Assembly (NCBI GenBank): GCA_963575745.1
Contig: CAUYUJ010000037.1
Location: forward strand, 620,001-671,342
From: Prorocentrum cordatum
Taxonomy: Eukaryota
Length of the DNA: 51,342 bases
Direction: 5' to 3'
The notes beneath the pieces were generated by a model. It saw only the letters and a program-made list of their open reading frames with translations, made no database searches and had not been told where the DNA came from. A program made the position numbers and the translations under genes. Each line of letters starts with the position of its first letter. The stretch's first letter is position 1. Positions 49,429 through 51,342 of this stretch are shown one piece after another.

Positions 49429-50403
49429 CCCATCCAGAATTGATTGCCAGTTTTCTTGGGGCCTCTTTGGAGGCTATCTTGAGCAATGCTCGGCTAGAGG
49501 CTGTCGGAGGCCATCTTGAGCCATGCTCGGCTATCTTGGGCCACCGTGAGGCTGCCTTGAGGCCTCTTGGAGGTCTGTCGGAGGCTATCTTGAGCCACGC
49601 TTGGCTATCTTAAGCCAGTTTGAAGGCCATCTTGGGCTATCTAGGGTTCTCTTGGAGCCATTTTGAGCCAAAAAGGGCGGGGTGGAGGGTCTTTGGGAAA
49701 GGCTGGGAGGCCTCTTGGGGCCATCTTGGGCCCCATGTCTCAAAAAGAGGAGGTGCCTTAATTCGGATCCCCCCCGCCGGAGGCTCTCAAACGGCGTCTT
49801 GGGGCCGTCTTGGAGCGCTCTTGGGCGCCTCTTGGGCGATCTTGGGGCCGTCTTCGGCCTTCTTGGGCCCCTCTTGGGGCCCTTTTGGGCCATCATGGTG
49901 CCATCTTGAGGCTTCCAAAGCCCATCGGAAGCGGAAAGGCGAGAATGCCAAAAACATTGATTTTCCCTTGGGTTTGGAGTGTTTTGGGATCTTGGAATTC
50001 GCCGTGGAGGGCTCGAAGGGCACTTGGATCCGTCTTGGGCTGTCTTGGGGCCTCTTGGGGGTATGTCGGAGGCTATATTGACCCATCTTGAAGTAACATG
50101 GGCCATCTTGGAGGCCATCTTGCGCCTTTGAACGCCTCTTGGAGCAATCTTGGGCCATCTTGGACGCTCTAACGCCTCGCGGCGCGCCCCGTCCAGGCCC
50201 AGGGGAGGGAACGGGGGGGAGGGGCTTCAGTGGAAGAGAAAAGAAACAAAACGCGTTATACCACCTAAGCCCAGAGGGCTGGTGGGATTTGTGCGTTTCA
50301 CTTTTCTGCTTCCCGTCCGTCCAAGACGGTCCAACAGGCTCCCAAGACCACCCCACGACTGCCCACGAGGGCCAAGAGACGGGCGACGGTCAACTCGCAT
50401 AGT

Positions 50404-50570
50404 AAGGATGGGCAACCTTCTCAAGGGTACCCTTGCATCCTTGCCTCCTCGGTCCATCCTTGGCGACTTTCGTTGGCCGCGCGCTGCTCGAAAGACTTCA
50501 CAATTGGCGGCCAAGACCCTTGCATCCTTATCGCGCATCTTTGCTATACTGGTTGACTGTAGGAGTCACC
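50404..50570 (+). repeat. Dispersed ~170-bp repeat, copy 2
   Basis: AAGGATGGGCAACCTTCTCAAGGGTACCCTTGCAT..., homologous to 13897-14068. Confidence 0.7.
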
Positions 50571-51342
50571 CAAGACGGCCAAAGGGAACCCGAGAAGAGC
50601 CTCCAGACGGCGCAGGAGGCTCCCAACATGCCCCAAGAGCGCTCCAAGACGGCCCAAGATATCCAGACGCTCCAGGGGCGCCCCTGAACCCCTAGGATGT
50701 CCACAAGAGGCTCCTCCAGAGCGCCGAAAAGGGGACTAACGATTGAGTTTCACCTGGCTTGTGAAGGATTTTGAGCTTCTCGCGTTTCCTGCCCCGGCCG
50801 CCCAAAACGGCCCAAAAGGCTTCCAAGACCGCCCCTGGGAGATTCAAGCGGCTGCCAAGAGAGCCCGCGACTGCCCACGAGGGCCCAGGTAGAGCAACCC
50901 AAGACGGCCCAAGGGGGCCCCAAAAGAGCCCCCGGAGGAACCACAGACAGAGAAGGTACGAAGCTCCGAAACAGCTCCAGGGTGCTCCAGAATCCTTCAC
51001 GATAGCCTCCGGATGCCGCAGGAGACGCCCCGAGACCCCGAGACCTCCCTAAGAGCGTTCCAAAGTTCCTCCAGCGAGCTGAAAGAAGCCCAAATCTGTA
51101 ATGTTCCCAAGGTGTTTGACAGGTGCTCCTCTTCCCCTTCTGTCGGGATCCCGACCGCCCAAGACGGAACCAAAGGCTCTCAAAACCTCACCTGGAAGCC
51201 CCAAGGGGCTGCCAAGAGGGCCACGCGAATGACATACAGAAAGACAGTCAAACATAGACAGAGAAAGAGAGAATGAGAGGGATCGGTCTCGATAAGCAGG
51301 TCGACCCCACAGACTCAAGGCCACCCTGGTGTCCCGTCTATC

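Overview
Repeat-dense, GC-rich eukaryotic DNA that looks like a dinoflagellate genome. This is inferred from GC-AG introns, a spliced-leader-like relic, CCAAGAGG-rich repeats and many microsatellites. Most ORFs in the track are low-complexity artefacts. Four coding signals are supportable: (i) three spliced exons of an RNF5/RMA1-like RING-HC gene; (ii) an intronless EF-hand gene behind a degenerate spliced-leader relic; (iii) a decayed LINE 3' fragment; (iv) a ~1,670-codon disrupted reading frame that starts in the middle of an Upf1-like SF1 helicase. The main find is two head-to-tail arrays (26859-34385 and 48817-49428). In both, the motif GTATCCCCAC(CAG) separates inserts of 38 bp to 6.8 kb. 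Every insert ends in an A5-8 tract, and most share a related 3' end. Both arrays lie in the same host site (CGGCTTT..GACGYTTCGCRTATCCCCACCARCCCATYCAGAA). The best explanation is a sequence-specific retroposition system that stacks 5'-truncated copies in a CRISPR-like, probably polarised array. The largest insert carries the helicase/Zn-ribbon/Trp-Gly-rich protein. No reverse transcriptase for it is visible in the window, so the mechanism is inferred.
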